A DNA stretch of 64,000 bases, from contig CAVRUC010000002.1 in NCBI GenBank assembly GCA_963724295.1, positions 32,001 through 96,000 of the forward strand, written 5' to 3'. The notes under the pieces were generated by a model, which saw nothing but the letters and a program-made list of their open reading frames with translations, was not told the origin of the DNA and ran no database searches. Shown piece by piece: positions 21,526 through 31,236 of the stretch. This stretch comes from an uncultured Chloroflexia bacterium. Its GTDB lineage: Bacteria; Chloroflexota; Chloroflexia; Thermomicrobiales; UBA6265. Each line of letters begins with the position of its first letter. Positions within the stretch are counted from its first letter, which is position 1. Position numbers and translations under genes: made by a program.

Positions 21526-21723
21526 TCAACCGGTGGTTGCGAACTGCACCTGCTCGGCATCCTCGACAACCTGCGAGGCGCGCAAGACTTCGAAGCGGAC
21601 AACGCCGCCGTCCTCGCCAAAGTCGGCGATCACGCCCGGTCGGACTTCGTCGCTCTCTCGGATCGGCGCATCCCGCAATGTGATGACCAACGAATCAGTC
21701 TCGCGATCGTAGATCACCTTCAT
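21526..21723 (-). CDS. DUF2283 domain protein (putative antitoxin)
   Basis: MKVIYDRETDSLVITL...IADFGEDGGVVRFEVL.AS. Confidence 0.88.
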   Translation of the reverse strand: MKVIYDRETDSLVITLRDAPIRESDEVRPGVIADFGEDGGVVRFEVLRASQVVEDAEQVQFATTG

Positions 21724-21990
21724 GGCAAAGTCGTCTTCAAATACCTGGCGACCTGCGAGGTCTTGTAGAGCGTGATGACCGCCCGCTCCTCTGGCGTTTC
21801 TTCGACCACCACACGGAGCAGCATCTCGCGCCCAAATGAACGTCAAAGTATCGGCGCATCAGGACCACCCTCTGTGGTGGATCGATGACCGAGAGCTCGG
21901 GCGCCGCGATGGATTGCTCCACCTCACTTGGTCAAATAGTCGATCCGCCTGCGCCAATAGTGCGTGCGAAGTCCCGCGTAACGGCTTCAC
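21720..21990 (-). pseudogene. DUF4258-like putative toxin, frameshifted
   Basis: GAGGAG RBS then GTG; SHAL..., LLRVVVEE...VITLYKTS..RY pieced together across frames; ATGA overlap with DUF2283. Confidence 0.7.
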
Positions 21991-22076
21991 TCGCTCCTCG
22001 CTCTCAACTCCAGAGTAACCGTTCCTGCCACCTAAGACGTATCGCCGATGCAGCTCCGTGTTTTGCTGAAGGCGAT

Positions 22077-22994
22077 TCAACATCGTGAAACGCCGGAGGG
22101 AATAGCTAACCTCACAGGCGGTATCGAGCGGATTCCGTCTTCGTCCCCAATGAGCTCTGGTGCGGCGTCCTGGGGCTCGTAGCCGAGGACGCGGCGGGCG
22201 TGCTCGATGTCCCAGAAGCGGCGGGGGTTGTTGGAGATGCCGTAGACGAGGACCCAGGGCTCGTTCGTCAGGAGCGATTTCTCGATCAGCTGCACGCAGT
22301 CGCGCTCGCTCAACCAGACGGCGCGCATCCGCCGCCGCAGGGCCAGTGTCTCCGGTCTGCGGTCGGTCATGTCGGCCCAGAGCTGGTTGGGGTGGGACGG
22401 GTGGCCGGGGTCGCGGGTGCCGCCGATGCGCAGGCAGACGACGGAGAGCCCATGCTGATCGACGTAGTGCCGGCCAAGCGCCTCGCCGTAGACCTTGGAG
22501 ACGCCGTAGAGGGAGTCGGGCCGGATCTCGGCGGTGTGGTCGTAGACCCGGTCATCGTCGAGATCGTACAGCGCCGGCGCCGCCTGTAGCTCGTAGGTGC
22601 CGATGGCGTGGTTGGAGGAGGCGAACACGACCCGCGGCACCTCGGCCCGGCGCGCCGCCTCGAAGACGTTGTAGGTGCCGATCAGGTTCGATTCCAGCAC
22701 TGCTTCCCAGGCGGAATCGACCGCACTCGTCGCGGCCAGGTGGACGATGGCATCGATACCGGCGCAGGCTGCAACCAGAGCGTCGAGGTCGCCGATGTCG
22801 GCCACGATGTCCGCGTTGGGACCGGCGCTGCGAGCCAGACCGACCGGATCGAACTGGCTGCCGGGAGCGCGCCAGGCGTTCATCACGAACCCGCCGATCA
22901 GACCGTTCGCCCCCGTGACCAGCACCCGCGGCCGGGTTTGGCTACCGGTCTCACCGGGGCCGTTGCGAGATCCATCATCCGCACTCGAGCTCAT
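22077..22994 (-). CDS. NAD-dependent epimerase/dehydratase (uronate dehydrogenase-like)
   Basis: VLVTGANGLIG, VFASSNH, PDSLYGVSK, CLRIG, WLSERD. Confidence 0.9.
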   Translation of the reverse strand: MSSSADDGSRNGPGETGSQTRPRVLVTGANGLIGGFVMNAWRAPGSQFDPVGLARSAGPNADIVADIGDLDALVAACAGIDAIVHLAATSAVDSAWEAVLESNLIGTYNVFEAARRAEVPRVVFASSNHAIGTYELQAAPALYDLDDDRVYDHTAEIRPDSLYGVSKVYGEALGRHYVDQHGLSVVCLRIGGTRDPGHPSHPNQLWADMTDRRPETLALRRRMRAVWLSERDCVQLIEKSLLTNEPWVLVYGISNNPRRFWDIEHARRVLGYEPQDAAPELIGDEDGIRSIPPVRLAIPSGVSRC

Positions 22995-23015
22995 CGTTCC
23001 GCCCTTTCCTGACGA

Positions 23016-23157
23016 GGGTGAGGGTTCGCTGCGCTCACGGTGACAGGGTAGTTACTCGCTACGCTCGTGGCTGGCAGCGAGAACGATGACCCCGCCATCC
23101 TGCCACCCCGACACCCTGCGACCCCGCCACCCATCACCCATCGCCCACCACCCCCAC
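23016..23157. repeat. Family A repeat
   Basis: TTCGCTGCGCTCACGGTGA...TTACTCGCTACGCTCGTGG...CCTGCCACCCC...CACCCATCACCCAT; overlaps the XRE stop codon. Confidence 0.8.
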
Positions 23158-23724
23158 CGCACTCGGGCCAGGCGTGATGATCAGCAGCCGCGCCGGACCA
23201 TCGCCGGTGTTTTCCGCCTGATGAGGGAAGCAGCCGTCCCAGACCAGGTAATCGCCCGGTCCCAGATCGGCGACGAAGTCGCCTTGCCGCAGCCGGATCG
23301 TCCCTTCCAGCACCAGATGATGCTCTTCACCGGCATCGGACATCAGCCCCGACGCCGATCCGGGAGGCGCCATCCCTTCCACGATGCGCAGACCGCGCGC
23401 AAAGCCGCCATCGACCTCTTCCAGGCGGATGCCGTCGGGAGTGGTCTGCACCCGCCGCTCGTGCCGGCGCACGATGCGCGGCGCCGGGGCGGCGTCGACC
23501 AGGAGCCACGTGATCGGAACCTCGAAGACGTCGGCGATCGCCGCCAGGGTCTCCAGCGATGGCGAGGCCTTGTCGTTCTCGACCTGCGAGAGGTAGCCGA
23601 CGTTGAGGTCCGCCAGCTCTCCGACCTGGGCCAGCGTCAGCCCGCGGTCAGTTCGCAGCCGCCGCACCTGGGCGCCGACCAGGGGCCGCCTGCGGGTCCG
23701 CGACGCTTCGTTGCGTTCGCTCAT
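23134..23724 (-). CDS. XRE-family HTH regulator with cupin domain
   Basis: LTLAQVGELADLNVGYLSQVEN; GEEHHLVLEG...LGPGD...PH. Confidence 0.9.
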   Translation of the reverse strand: MSERNEASRTRRRPLVGAQVRRLRTDRGLTLAQVGELADLNVGYLSQVENDKASPSLETLAAIADVFEVPITWLLVDAAPAPRIVRRHERRVQTTPDGIRLEEVDGGFARGLRIVEGMAPPGSASGLMSDAGEEHHLVLEGTIRLRQGDFVADLGPGDYLVWDGCFPHQAENTGDGPARLLIITPGPSAVGVVGDG

Positions 23725-23748
23725 GGATTTTGCTTACTCCAAACTATG

Positions 23749-23801
23749 TTGACAAAGCAACCGAGCGGCGTATGATTGTCATCAGCAATGTAGTTTGCTG
23801 A
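23749..23801 (+). promoter_or_regulatory. sigma70-type promoter with downstream palindromic operator
   Basis: TTGACA(23749)-16 nt-TATGAT(23771); TCAGCAA-N6-TTGCTGA at 23782-23801. Confidence 0.6.
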
Positions 23802-23865
23802 AGGGAAATAGACAACCCCATCGAGCAATCGCACCGCGGATGGACGTTGAGAGGGTAAAGAGAGA

Positions 23866-24285
23866 ATGACCATGACCTTGAACTTGAAGTTGCCAGCGAT
23901 CCCTGAATCGCACCGTGACCTGCTCGATAACAACCAGGTCGCCATCGTCGCCACCATCGGACCCGACGGCTCGCCGCAGGTGACCGCGAGCTGGTTTCTG
24001 GCCGAGGAGGACGGGACGGTGAGGATGTCGCTCAACACGGCCCGCCAGAAGGTGAAGAACCTGATGCGCCGCCCGGAGAGCACCCTGTTCTTCATGGATC
24101 CGGCCAATCCCTACCGCACGCTCGAGATTCGGGCCCGTGCCGAGATCGAGCCCGACCCGGACTACGTCTTCGCCGACCGGGTAGGCGCCAAATACGGTGG
24201 CGCCGATGTGCGCACGATGGACCAGCCCGGACAGACCCGGGTGGCGATCACGTTCGTTCCAGTCAAAGTCAATACATTCGGCTAA
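23866..24285 (+). CDS. PPOX class F420-dependent oxidoreductase
   Basis: VATIGPDGSPQVT..W, RQKVKNL, DPANPYRTLEIR. Confidence 0.9.
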   Translation: MTMTLNLKLPAIPESHRDLLDNNQVAIVATIGPDGSPQVTASWFLAEEDGTVRMSLNTARQKVKNLMRRPESTLFFMDPANPYRTLEIRARAEIEPDPDYVFADRVGAKYGGADVRTMDQPGQTRVAITFVPVKVNTFG

Positions 24286-24330
24286 TCGCCGGCGATCATC
24301 GCCCGGCTCGCGAAAGGATTCACACGCTTC

Positions 24331-24864
24331 ATGACAGACCTGCAACCCTCCATCCCGGCGGGAGCCCACATCGGCCACGTCCACCTCAAGGTGGCCGATC
24401 TCGATCGCGCCGTCGACTTCTATCGACGCGGTCTCGGGTTCGAGCTCATCACCCGCTTCGGTAACCAGGCCGCCTTTCTCTCGGCCGGTGGCTATCACCA
24501 CCACATCGGACTCAACACCTGGGAGAGCCAGGGCGGAGCTCCGCCTCCGCCGGGGTCGACCGGGCTCTATCACTTCGCCATCAACTACCCCGAGCGGCGG
24601 GACCTGGCCGCTGCCCTCAAGCGCCTTCTCGATAACGGCTGGGGGATCGATGGCGCGTCCGACCATGGCACCCACGAGGCGATCTACCTGCACGATCCGG
24701 ATGGCAACGGCATCGAGCTGGCCTGGGACCGCGACCCTGCCCTGTGGCGTCGTGGTGGCGAGATCATCTTCGACCGCAAGGCGCTCGATTGGGCCGGTCT
24801 GATGGCCGAGCTCGACGACACGGCACCGACCGAGATCCTGGCCGGACTTGCCCGCTACCAATAG
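24331..24864 (+). CDS. VOC family protein (CatE-like glyoxalase/dioxygenase)
   Basis: IGHVHLKV, GGYHHHIGLNTW, GLYHFAI, DHGTHEAIYLHDPDGNGIEL. Confidence 0.92.
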   Translation: MTDLQPSIPAGAHIGHVHLKVADLDRAVDFYRRGLGFELITRFGNQAAFLSAGGYHHHIGLNTWESQGGAPPPPGSTGLYHFAINYPERRDLAAALKRLLDNGWGIDGASDHGTHEAIYLHDPDGNGIELAWDRDPALWRRGGEIIFDRKALDWAGLMAELDDTAPTEILAGLARYQ

Positions 24865-25082
24865 GCCTGCTTGCGGCGTGGCCCCCATTCTGCGTGACTA
24901 TCATCCGTGGTTGATGGACAGCGGTGGCTTCCGGGCAGCGACAGCTACAGTCTGGCCGCGGTTCGGGTCACTGCCTCCACCATCACATCGTCCAGGACCG
25001 CACCTCGCGGTGATCGGAAGTTCCACCGAGTGGACTTTTGACGCGCACCCGGGGTCGATTGAACTATTGAAGAGAGAGATAG

Positions 25083-25370
25083 ATGAACTGTCCCGTTGAC
25101 GGAAGCGAACTTCGCATGACCGAGCGACAAGGCATCGAGATCGACTACTGCCCCCAGTGCCGGGGCATCTGGCTGGACCGCGGCGAGCTGGACAAGGTTC
25201 TCGAGCGGTCGGCACAGCCCGCCTACCGCGATGAGCGCGAGCAATCGGCACCACCGCCGTTGCGCGACGAGCGCGATCGGTACGACGACGATCGCCCGTA
25301 CCGGGGTCAGCCCTCCAGTGGGAAGAGCAAGCGCCGCTCGCTCCTCGAGGACCTGCTCGATTTTGGCTGA
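25083..25370 (+). CDS. zf-TFIIB domain protein
   Basis: MNCPVD...IEIDYCPQCRGIWLDRGELDK...LEDLLDF. Confidence 0.92.
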   Translation: MNCPVDGSELRMTERQGIEIDYCPQCRGIWLDRGELDKVLERSAQPAYRDEREQSAPPPLRDERDRYDDDRPYRGQPSSGKSKRRSLLEDLLDFG

Positions 25371-25900
25371 TCCGGCGCTGGCGTCACGCCGCAGCCGATA
25401 GGACCGCCGATCCGGAGATCTCGGAAATTCGGGTCTCGCGCTCCTGCTCGTGCTGTTGGTTATCATCGGCCGCGCTCCGCTATCGACCATGCGCGAGGCA
25501 CGCGCCGGCCTCGCTGAGTTGGTGCTGACCAGTAGTGGCGGAGACCATCTTCGTCGAGCAGAAGGACACTTCCGCGCTCTGGCGGCCACCGCCCGCGAGC
25601 TTGAGGAGTTCGAACCTGGTCCCACCCCGGGATGAATGCTTCATACACGATCTCCCTGCACAAGAAATGCAGCAAGCCGCGCACCCATCATGCACGGACC
25701 TCTGTCAAGCTCCACGCCGAGGCTGAGCGCCTTCAATCCTTGGTATTGATGCTCTTGACCAGCCCGCGGATCTGCTGACGGGCCGAGAAAGAGTCCGCGG
25801 CCCGGCGGCGAGGCAACCTTGGTACGATGTGCCGAGGATAAAGGGCGCCGGGCCGCGGATCCCGCTTCGTAAGAGCCAGTGTCTTGACCGCAGGAAGGGC

Positions 25901-27040
25901 ATGATGAGCGTGGGTAGTAGTCCCGGTCACGTGCGGCACGAATCTCACGCCGAGAGCGAACAGAGCTCGGTCGATCCTCCAGCCGAGCCCATCCGCACGC
26001 CAGGTTCTCACGTGCTTGTGACGAAGACGCAGATCGAGCTCCCCGTCGCCACGATTCTGAAAGTCCTCGTCACGATCGGGTTGCTCCTGATCCTCGGCCA
26101 AATCTGGCAAATCCTGCTTCTGGTCTTTATCGGGTTGTTCGTTGCCATGGTCCTGGCCCGACCCGTTTCATGGCTGCAAGCACGCGGGTTACCGCGCGGG
26201 ATCGCCATCTCGCTCGTGCTCGGAACCGTAATCGGCATCGTCGTGATCGTTCTCTGGTACGTGACGCCGGGGCTCGTCACCGAATTGCGCGAGTTCTGGA
26301 TCCGGTTGCCGAACTACGTCGAAACCGCGCTGGCTTTGACCGCCAGCCGCTGGCCCGACTTCTACGAGCAGGCCGTGGCATGGGCCGAGGATCAACAGAG
26401 CGGGCTGAACAGGGGTGGCTTTGATGTGCGGAGCGTGCTCTCGCAGGGTCGGGATCTCATTACGGGGTTCTTCAACGTCCTTCTCATGCTGATCATCGCC
26501 GTCTACATCCTTGCCGACGAGGGCAGGTCCCTGGAGGGGATCTACCAGTGGATGCCGCATCATCATGCCAGCAAACTGCGGCGCACGTTCCCTGCCGTAA
26601 CCAATGTCGTCAACGCGTATGTCGTCGGCCAGGGAATCAACTCGACATTGTTTGCTCTCTTTTCACTGATCCTGCTCACTGCCTTGAACGTGCCCTCGGC
26701 TGTCGTCCTGGCCCTGATCGCGGCGATCGGTGACGCGATCCCGCAGATAGGGGTAACCCTGGCGACGATTCCGGCGGTGCTCCTCGCCTTGACCCAATCC
26801 CTCGAAGCTGCCCTTATTGTCCTGGCCGGCTACTTCATTTATCAGCAGGTCGAGAACTACGTAACCTCGCCTCGGGTATTCAGCCGCACGCTGCAACTGC
26901 GTCCCCTGGTGACACTCCTCGCCGTCCTCATCGGTGGCAAGCTGCTCGGGATAATTGGGATCCTGTTCGCCTTACCAGTGGCTGCCGCCATTCCGACGGT
27001 CGCCGCAATCTGGTTGGAGGACGACACCAGGGCCGCGTAG
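25901..27040 (+). CDS. AI-2E family transporter
   Basis: Multiple transmembrane segments, YVVGQ, IPQIG, YQQVENY..P, GG.L.GI.G...A.P.AA. Confidence 0.9.
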   Translation: MMSVGSSPGHVRHESHAESEQSSVDPPAEPIRTPGSHVLVTKTQIELPVATILKVLVTIGLLLILGQIWQILLLVFIGLFVAMVLARPVSWLQARGLPRGIAISLVLGTVIGIVVIVLWYVTPGLVTELREFWIRLPNYVETALALTASRWPDFYEQAVAWAEDQQSGLNRGGFDVRSVLSQGRDLITGFFNVLLMLIIAVYILADEGRSLEGIYQWMPHHHASKLRRTFPAVTNVVNAYVVGQGINSTLFALFSLILLTALNVPSAVVLALIAAIGDAIPQIGVTLATIPAVLLALTQSLEAALIVLAGYFIYQQVENYVTSPRVFSRTLQLRPLVTLLAVLIGGKLLGIIGILFALPVAAAIPTVAAIWLEDDTRAA

Positions 27041-27220
27041 TGCGGCGCACGTGGGCCGCGCGGACGGCTTGCCAGGCAATCAACCGGATCGTCGTCGGAT
27101 CACCGAAGCGTGCGCCGGCGGTGCCGCCTGGGCCACGTCGACTCGACCTCGACAAGAAGTAGCGGGGAGGTCTTTACCTCCCCGCCCACTCCGTTCCCTA
27201 TCGCTAGACTGCGTTGGTAA

Positions 27221-27445
27221 CTAGCGGTGCGCGCGGCGTCGCCGGCGACGATTATCGTCACGCCGCCGATCGTCCCGGCCACCGCCGCCACTTCCGTGAT
27301 CATCGCCGTGCTCTCTCTCCCTGGCTGAGGCGCCTGTCAGGCTAGCCAGCCCCAGGCTGGTGGCGAGCAGCGCTGCCCCCAGCTGGACAACGTCTCGCCG
27401 TGTCCGCGGCTGCTCTTGATCGGTATAGATCTCGTTTTCCATCAT
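27221..27445 (-). CDS. Small Tat-signal protein with Arg/Asp-rich tail
   Basis: TRRDVVQLGAALLA signal; GGGAG RBS. Confidence 0.55.
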   Translation of the reverse strand: MMENEIYTDQEQPRTRRDVVQLGAALLATSLGLASLTGASAREREHGDDHGSGGGGRDDRRRDDNRRRRRRAHR

Positions 27446-27604
27446 CCTGGACTTCTCCCGATCTCTGGTGAGCGCGCCGTTCCGATCCCGCCCGGGTGGT
27501 TCGGCATCGACTCGTAAATCCAACGTTCTTAGTCTGCGCCCGGGCGCGTCGGTTGAACACGGACTTTCGGTGCGATCCTCGCTCCGTATTAGGCCGGTGT
27601 CGAT

Positions 27605-27620
27605 TCCGACCAAAGTCGGA
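27605..27620. promoter_or_regulatory. Palindromic site between divergent genes
   Basis: TCCGAC-CAAA-GTCGGA perfect 6-4-6 inverted repeat. Confidence 0.4.
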
Positions 27621-27721
27621 TGCGGCATCCACGACATTGCCATTCACGGTGCTCTGGACCTCCGTGTGCTACGTGGCACGGATATGCTGATCGCCAACGA
27701 CTGGTGGAGGAAAAGTCCCCG

Positions 27722-28972
27722 ATGGAAGCGATTCCGCACGAAACAGAGCTCATCGCCACCATTGCCGTCGGGTTGAGCGCCGCGTTTGTCGGTGGTCTGA
27801 TCGCGCATCGCTTCCGCTTACCAACCCTCATCGGGTACTTGCTTGCTGGCGTGGCCCTTGGCCCATTCACCCCTGGCTTCGTGGCCGACACTCACCTGGC
27901 GCCACAGCTCGCCGAGATCGGTGTGATCCTGCTCATGTTTGGCGTGGGCAACCATTTCTCGATCGGCGATCTCCTTGCCGTGCGTCGCATCGCAGTGCCC
28001 GGAGCCATCGGTCAGGTCGCTTTCGCCACCACCCTCAGCTTCGCGCTGACCCGGTTGTGGGGCTGGGACGTTGGGGCTGGCCTCGTCTTTGGCCTTGCGC
28101 TGTCCGTGGCCAGCACCGTCGTCCTCTTGCGGGCTCTGGAGGCGCGGGGTCAGCTCGCGACGGATGCGGGGAGAGTGGCGGTCGGCTGGTTGCTCGTCGA
28201 GGATCTGATCACGGTCGTGGTCCTGGTGCTCCTGCCAGCGCTCGCTCCGTTTCTGCAGCCGGAGACGCCTGGTCTGGCTGGCGCCCCGGATCTGGGCGCT
28301 CTCGGCGTCATCCTGCTCCTGACATTCGCCAAGGTGGCGGTGTTCATCGGACTCATGCTCGTCGGCGGTGTGCGCGTGATCCCCTGGATCCTGCGCCGTG
28401 TGGAGGCGACCGGCTCCCGCGAGCTCTTCATCCTGGCGATCCTGGCCATCGCCCTCGGCATCGCCTACGGCGCGGCAGAGCTCTTCGGCGTCTCATTCGC
28501 TCTCGGTGCGTTCGTGGCTGGCGTCGTCGTCAACGAATCCGAGTTCAGTCACCGCGCCGCGGAGGAAGCGATGCCGATGCGGGACGCCTTTGCCGTCCTC
28601 TTCTTCGTCTCGGTCGGGATGCTGATCGATCCGGCCTTCCTGGTGGCCGACATCGGGCGCATCCTCGCCGTAGTGGCGATCATCATGGTGGGGAAGGGCG
28701 TCGCGGCGCTGGTGATTGTCCGGCTGCTGGGCGGAGCGACAGAGACGGGGCTGGTCGTCGCGGCGGGTCTCTCCCAGGTGGGGGAGTTCTCGTTCATCCT
28801 CGCCACCATGGGCATGGCGCTCGGTCTCCTCCCGGTCGAGGGAAACAATCTCATTCTGGCCGGCGCCCTCGTCTCGATCACCCTCAATCCGCTGCTTTTC
28901 GCGGCGGTCGAGCCGTTGCGCGACCGAATGATGCGTCGATCCCAACTCCCCCAGCAGGTCAGCAACGCCTAG
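27722..28972 (+). CDS. CPA2 cation:proton antiporter (YbaL/RosB-like), membrane domain only
   Basis: GYLLAGVALGP, AEIGVILLMFGVG, SVASTVV, VEDL, LSQVGEFSF. Confidence 0.92.
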   Translation: MEAIPHETELIATIAVGLSAAFVGGLIAHRFRLPTLIGYLLAGVALGPFTPGFVADTHLAPQLAEIGVILLMFGVGNHFSIGDLLAVRRIAVPGAIGQVAFATTLSFALTRLWGWDVGAGLVFGLALSVASTVVLLRALEARGQLATDAGRVAVGWLLVEDLITVVVLVLLPALAPFLQPETPGLAGAPDLGALGVILLLTFAKVAVFIGLMLVGGVRVIPWILRRVEATGSRELFILAILAIALGIAYGAAELFGVSFALGAFVAGVVVNESEFSHRAAEEAMPMRDAFAVLFFVSVGMLIDPAFLVADIGRILAVVAIIMVGKGVAALVIVRLLGGATETGLVVAAGLSQVGEFSFILATMGMALGLLPVEGNNLILAGALVSITLNPLLFAAVEPLRDRMMRRSQLPQQVSNA

Positions 28973-29044
28973 CGCGCGCCACGGGACAGCTCCAGGCAAT
29001 CATCGCCACCGGCATCTGGTCCACCTGAGGAAATGGGAAACGAG

Positions 29045-29995
29045 CTACTGTGCGGGCGCCGGAACTCCCACGGACGTCGGCGCCGGTGATTCCTGCTCCA
29101 CGCGCCGCTGGGGCAACGTGCGGCGGGCGCCGTCGGCGAGGGCGGCGAAGAGGAGCGCCATCAGCGCGGCGTGGCTGAGCGTGCTTGCCAGCGAGAGGCG
29201 AGAGAAAATGACGAACGCGCCGGCGGCCGCCTGGGCGATGACGAACACGAACGCCCAGACACTGATGCGGTAGAGATCCGGGCGCGCTGCCTTGAATCGC
29301 CGCGACCAGACCACCAGCCAGGCCACCAGCCCGAGCGCGATCAACGCCGCCAGGCGATGGCTCCAGGCGACGGCGACGCCGGGGCTCGAGAGATCGGGGA
29401 GCAGCGAGCCATTGCAGAGCGGCCACGTGTAGCAGGCGAGCTCCGCGCCGGAGTGGCGCAGATAGGCGCCGATGTAGGCCGTGACGACCGCCCAGAGCAG
29501 GGAAACCCAGGCCAGACTCCGGTACCCCGATGGCACCGCGCGGGTGGCGGCCGCGGAGATCGGCGTGGTCTCCCAGAGCACGCGCATGACCAGGAAGACC
29601 AAGGCAAAGCAGACCAGGGAGATGCCGAAGTGCGACGCCATCACCGGCGGCGTCTGCGGATACTTCACCGCCCAGGCGCCCATTCCCGATTGCAGGACGA
29701 GCGTGAACAGTGTCAGTGGGATGAGTGCTTTCAGCTCGGGATAGCGGCGGCGCAGCGGAAAGGCGGTCACTGACATGCCCAGGATGAGCAGACCTTCGAC
29801 GCCGGTGACGAGCCGGTGGGAGTACTCGACCATCGTCTCGAAGGCGTACTCGGGGATGAACTCGCCGTGGCAGAGCGGCCAGGACGTGCCGCACCCCTCG
29901 CTCGAGCCGGTATTGGTCACGGTCGAGCCCATCAGCAGCACGATGAACATGCCGACCGTCGCCGCCACCGCCAGCCATTTCGCCGCTCGTTTCAT
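29045..29995 (-). CDS. ctaA: Heme A synthase (COX15/CtaA)
   Basis: GCGTSWPLCHG, EYSHR, second C..WPLCNG, conserved His; alternative TTG start at 30037. Confidence 0.92.
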   Translation of the reverse strand: MKRAAKWLAVAATVGMFIVLLMGSTVTNTGSSEGCGTSWPLCHGEFIPEYAFETMVEYSHRLVTGVEGLLILGMSVTAFPLRRRYPELKALIPLTLFTLVLQSGMGAWAVKYPQTPPVMASHFGISLVCFALVFLVMRVLWETTPISAAATRAVPSGYRSLAWVSLLWAVVTAYIGAYLRHSGAELACYTWPLCNGSLLPDLSSPGVAVAWSHRLAALIALGLVAWLVVWSRRFKAARPDLYRISVWAFVFVIAQAAAGAFVIFSRLSLASTLSHAALMALLFAALADGARRTLPQRRVEQESPAPTSVGVPAPAQ

Positions 29996-30022
29996 GGGAG
30001 GAAGTGTAGCGGGTGGTGGGGG

Positions 30023-30195
30023 TGTCGCTGCGCTCAAGGGGGCGCTGCGCTGAGGGGGGCGGCCGCAAGCGGCCTGAGGGGGGATGAGGGGGAGAAGGAC
30101 GAAGGGCGAGGAACGCTCTGGTCGTGCTCCTCGTCTCCCTCATCCCCCTTGAGCGAAGCGACCCCCTTTCTCCCCCCTCAGCGAAGCGCCCCCCT
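30023..30195. repeat. Palindromic repeat family B
   Basis: GGGGGCGCTGCGCTGAGGGGGGCGGCCGCAAGCGGCCTGAGGGGGG...GAGCGAAGCGACCCCC; copies at 31087 and 36172. Confidence 0.85.
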
Positions 30196-30196
30196 C

Positions 30197-31086
30197 TTAC
30201 TCTCTCGCCAGCACCTCCCGCGCCTGAGCCTTGTCGATCTGCATCTGGGCGATGAGATCGTCGAGGGAGTCGAAGCGGGCGTCGGGGCGAATGCGCTCCA
30301 GGAGATCGGTGGCAAGCGTCTTCCCGTAGAGGTCGCCGTCGAAATCGAGCAGGTGCGTCTCGACCATGCGCTCCCCGCCATCGACGGTCGGCCGGCTGCC
30401 CACGTAGGCGATCGCTGGTCGGGATGTTTCATCGCCTGGCAGCCAGCCCCACGCGGCGTAGATGCCGTCCGCCAGCGGCGCCAGCCCGTCGGGCGGGACG
30501 ACGTTAGCGGTTGGGAATCCAATCTCGCGTCCCAGGTGCTGACCGTGGACGACCTCGCCGGCCACGCGGAACGGGCGCCCCAGCAGGCGCCGCGCCGTGG
30601 CGACGTCGCCGTTCATCACCGCGGCGCGCACGCGCGAGGAGGAGACGACTTCCGTACCGTTCGTCAGCCGGGGTACGGCGACCACGCGAAACCCGAGGTC
30701 GGCCCCGATCTGTGCCAGGCGCTCGACTGTCCCGGCGCGGTCCTTCCCCAGCGCGAACCCCTCGCCGACCCACAGCTCGCGCAGCCCGGTCTTCTCCTTC
30801 AGCCATGCCATGAACTCCTCCGGCGACCACCGCGAGAGCTCCGGGGTGAAGGGGACGACCACGATCTCGTCGAGACCGGCCTCGGCGAGCTGCGCCATCT
30901 TCTCTTCGGGCGTCGAGATGCGGCCGGAGAACGCCTCAGGTCGCAGCACTGCCGCTGGGACCGGCTCGAAGGTGACGCCGGTGACGGGGAGATCGAGCTC
31001 CTGACCCCGCTGCACCGCCTGATCGAGCAGGCGACGATGCCCGCGGTGGACACCGTCGAAGGTGCCGATCGTGACGACGCGTTCAC
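30197..31086 (-). CDS. ribF: Bifunctional riboflavin kinase/FAD synthetase (start uncertain)
   Basis: VTIGTFDGVHRGH, TFEP, VSSSRVR, GREIGFPTAN, ETHLLDFDGDLYG. Confidence 0.93.
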
Positions 31087-31236
31087 GAGGGGGGAGAGGG
31101 GGGAAGGGGGGTCGCTTCGCTCCCGGGGGGATGAGGAGACGGACGACGGAGGAGGCGTGCTTTCGTCGTGCTCCTTCTCCCCCTCTTCCCCCCTCAGGCC
31201 GCGTGTGGCCGCCCCCCTCAGCGTAGCGCCCCCCTC
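31087..31236. repeat. Family B repeat at the truB/ribF junction
   Basis: Inverted copy of 30037-30190. Confidence 0.85.

Noticed and set aside
25450..25635. 61-aa ORF after the zf-TFIIB gene
   Set aside because: No RBS or recognisable family; possibly a remnant, but unsupported.
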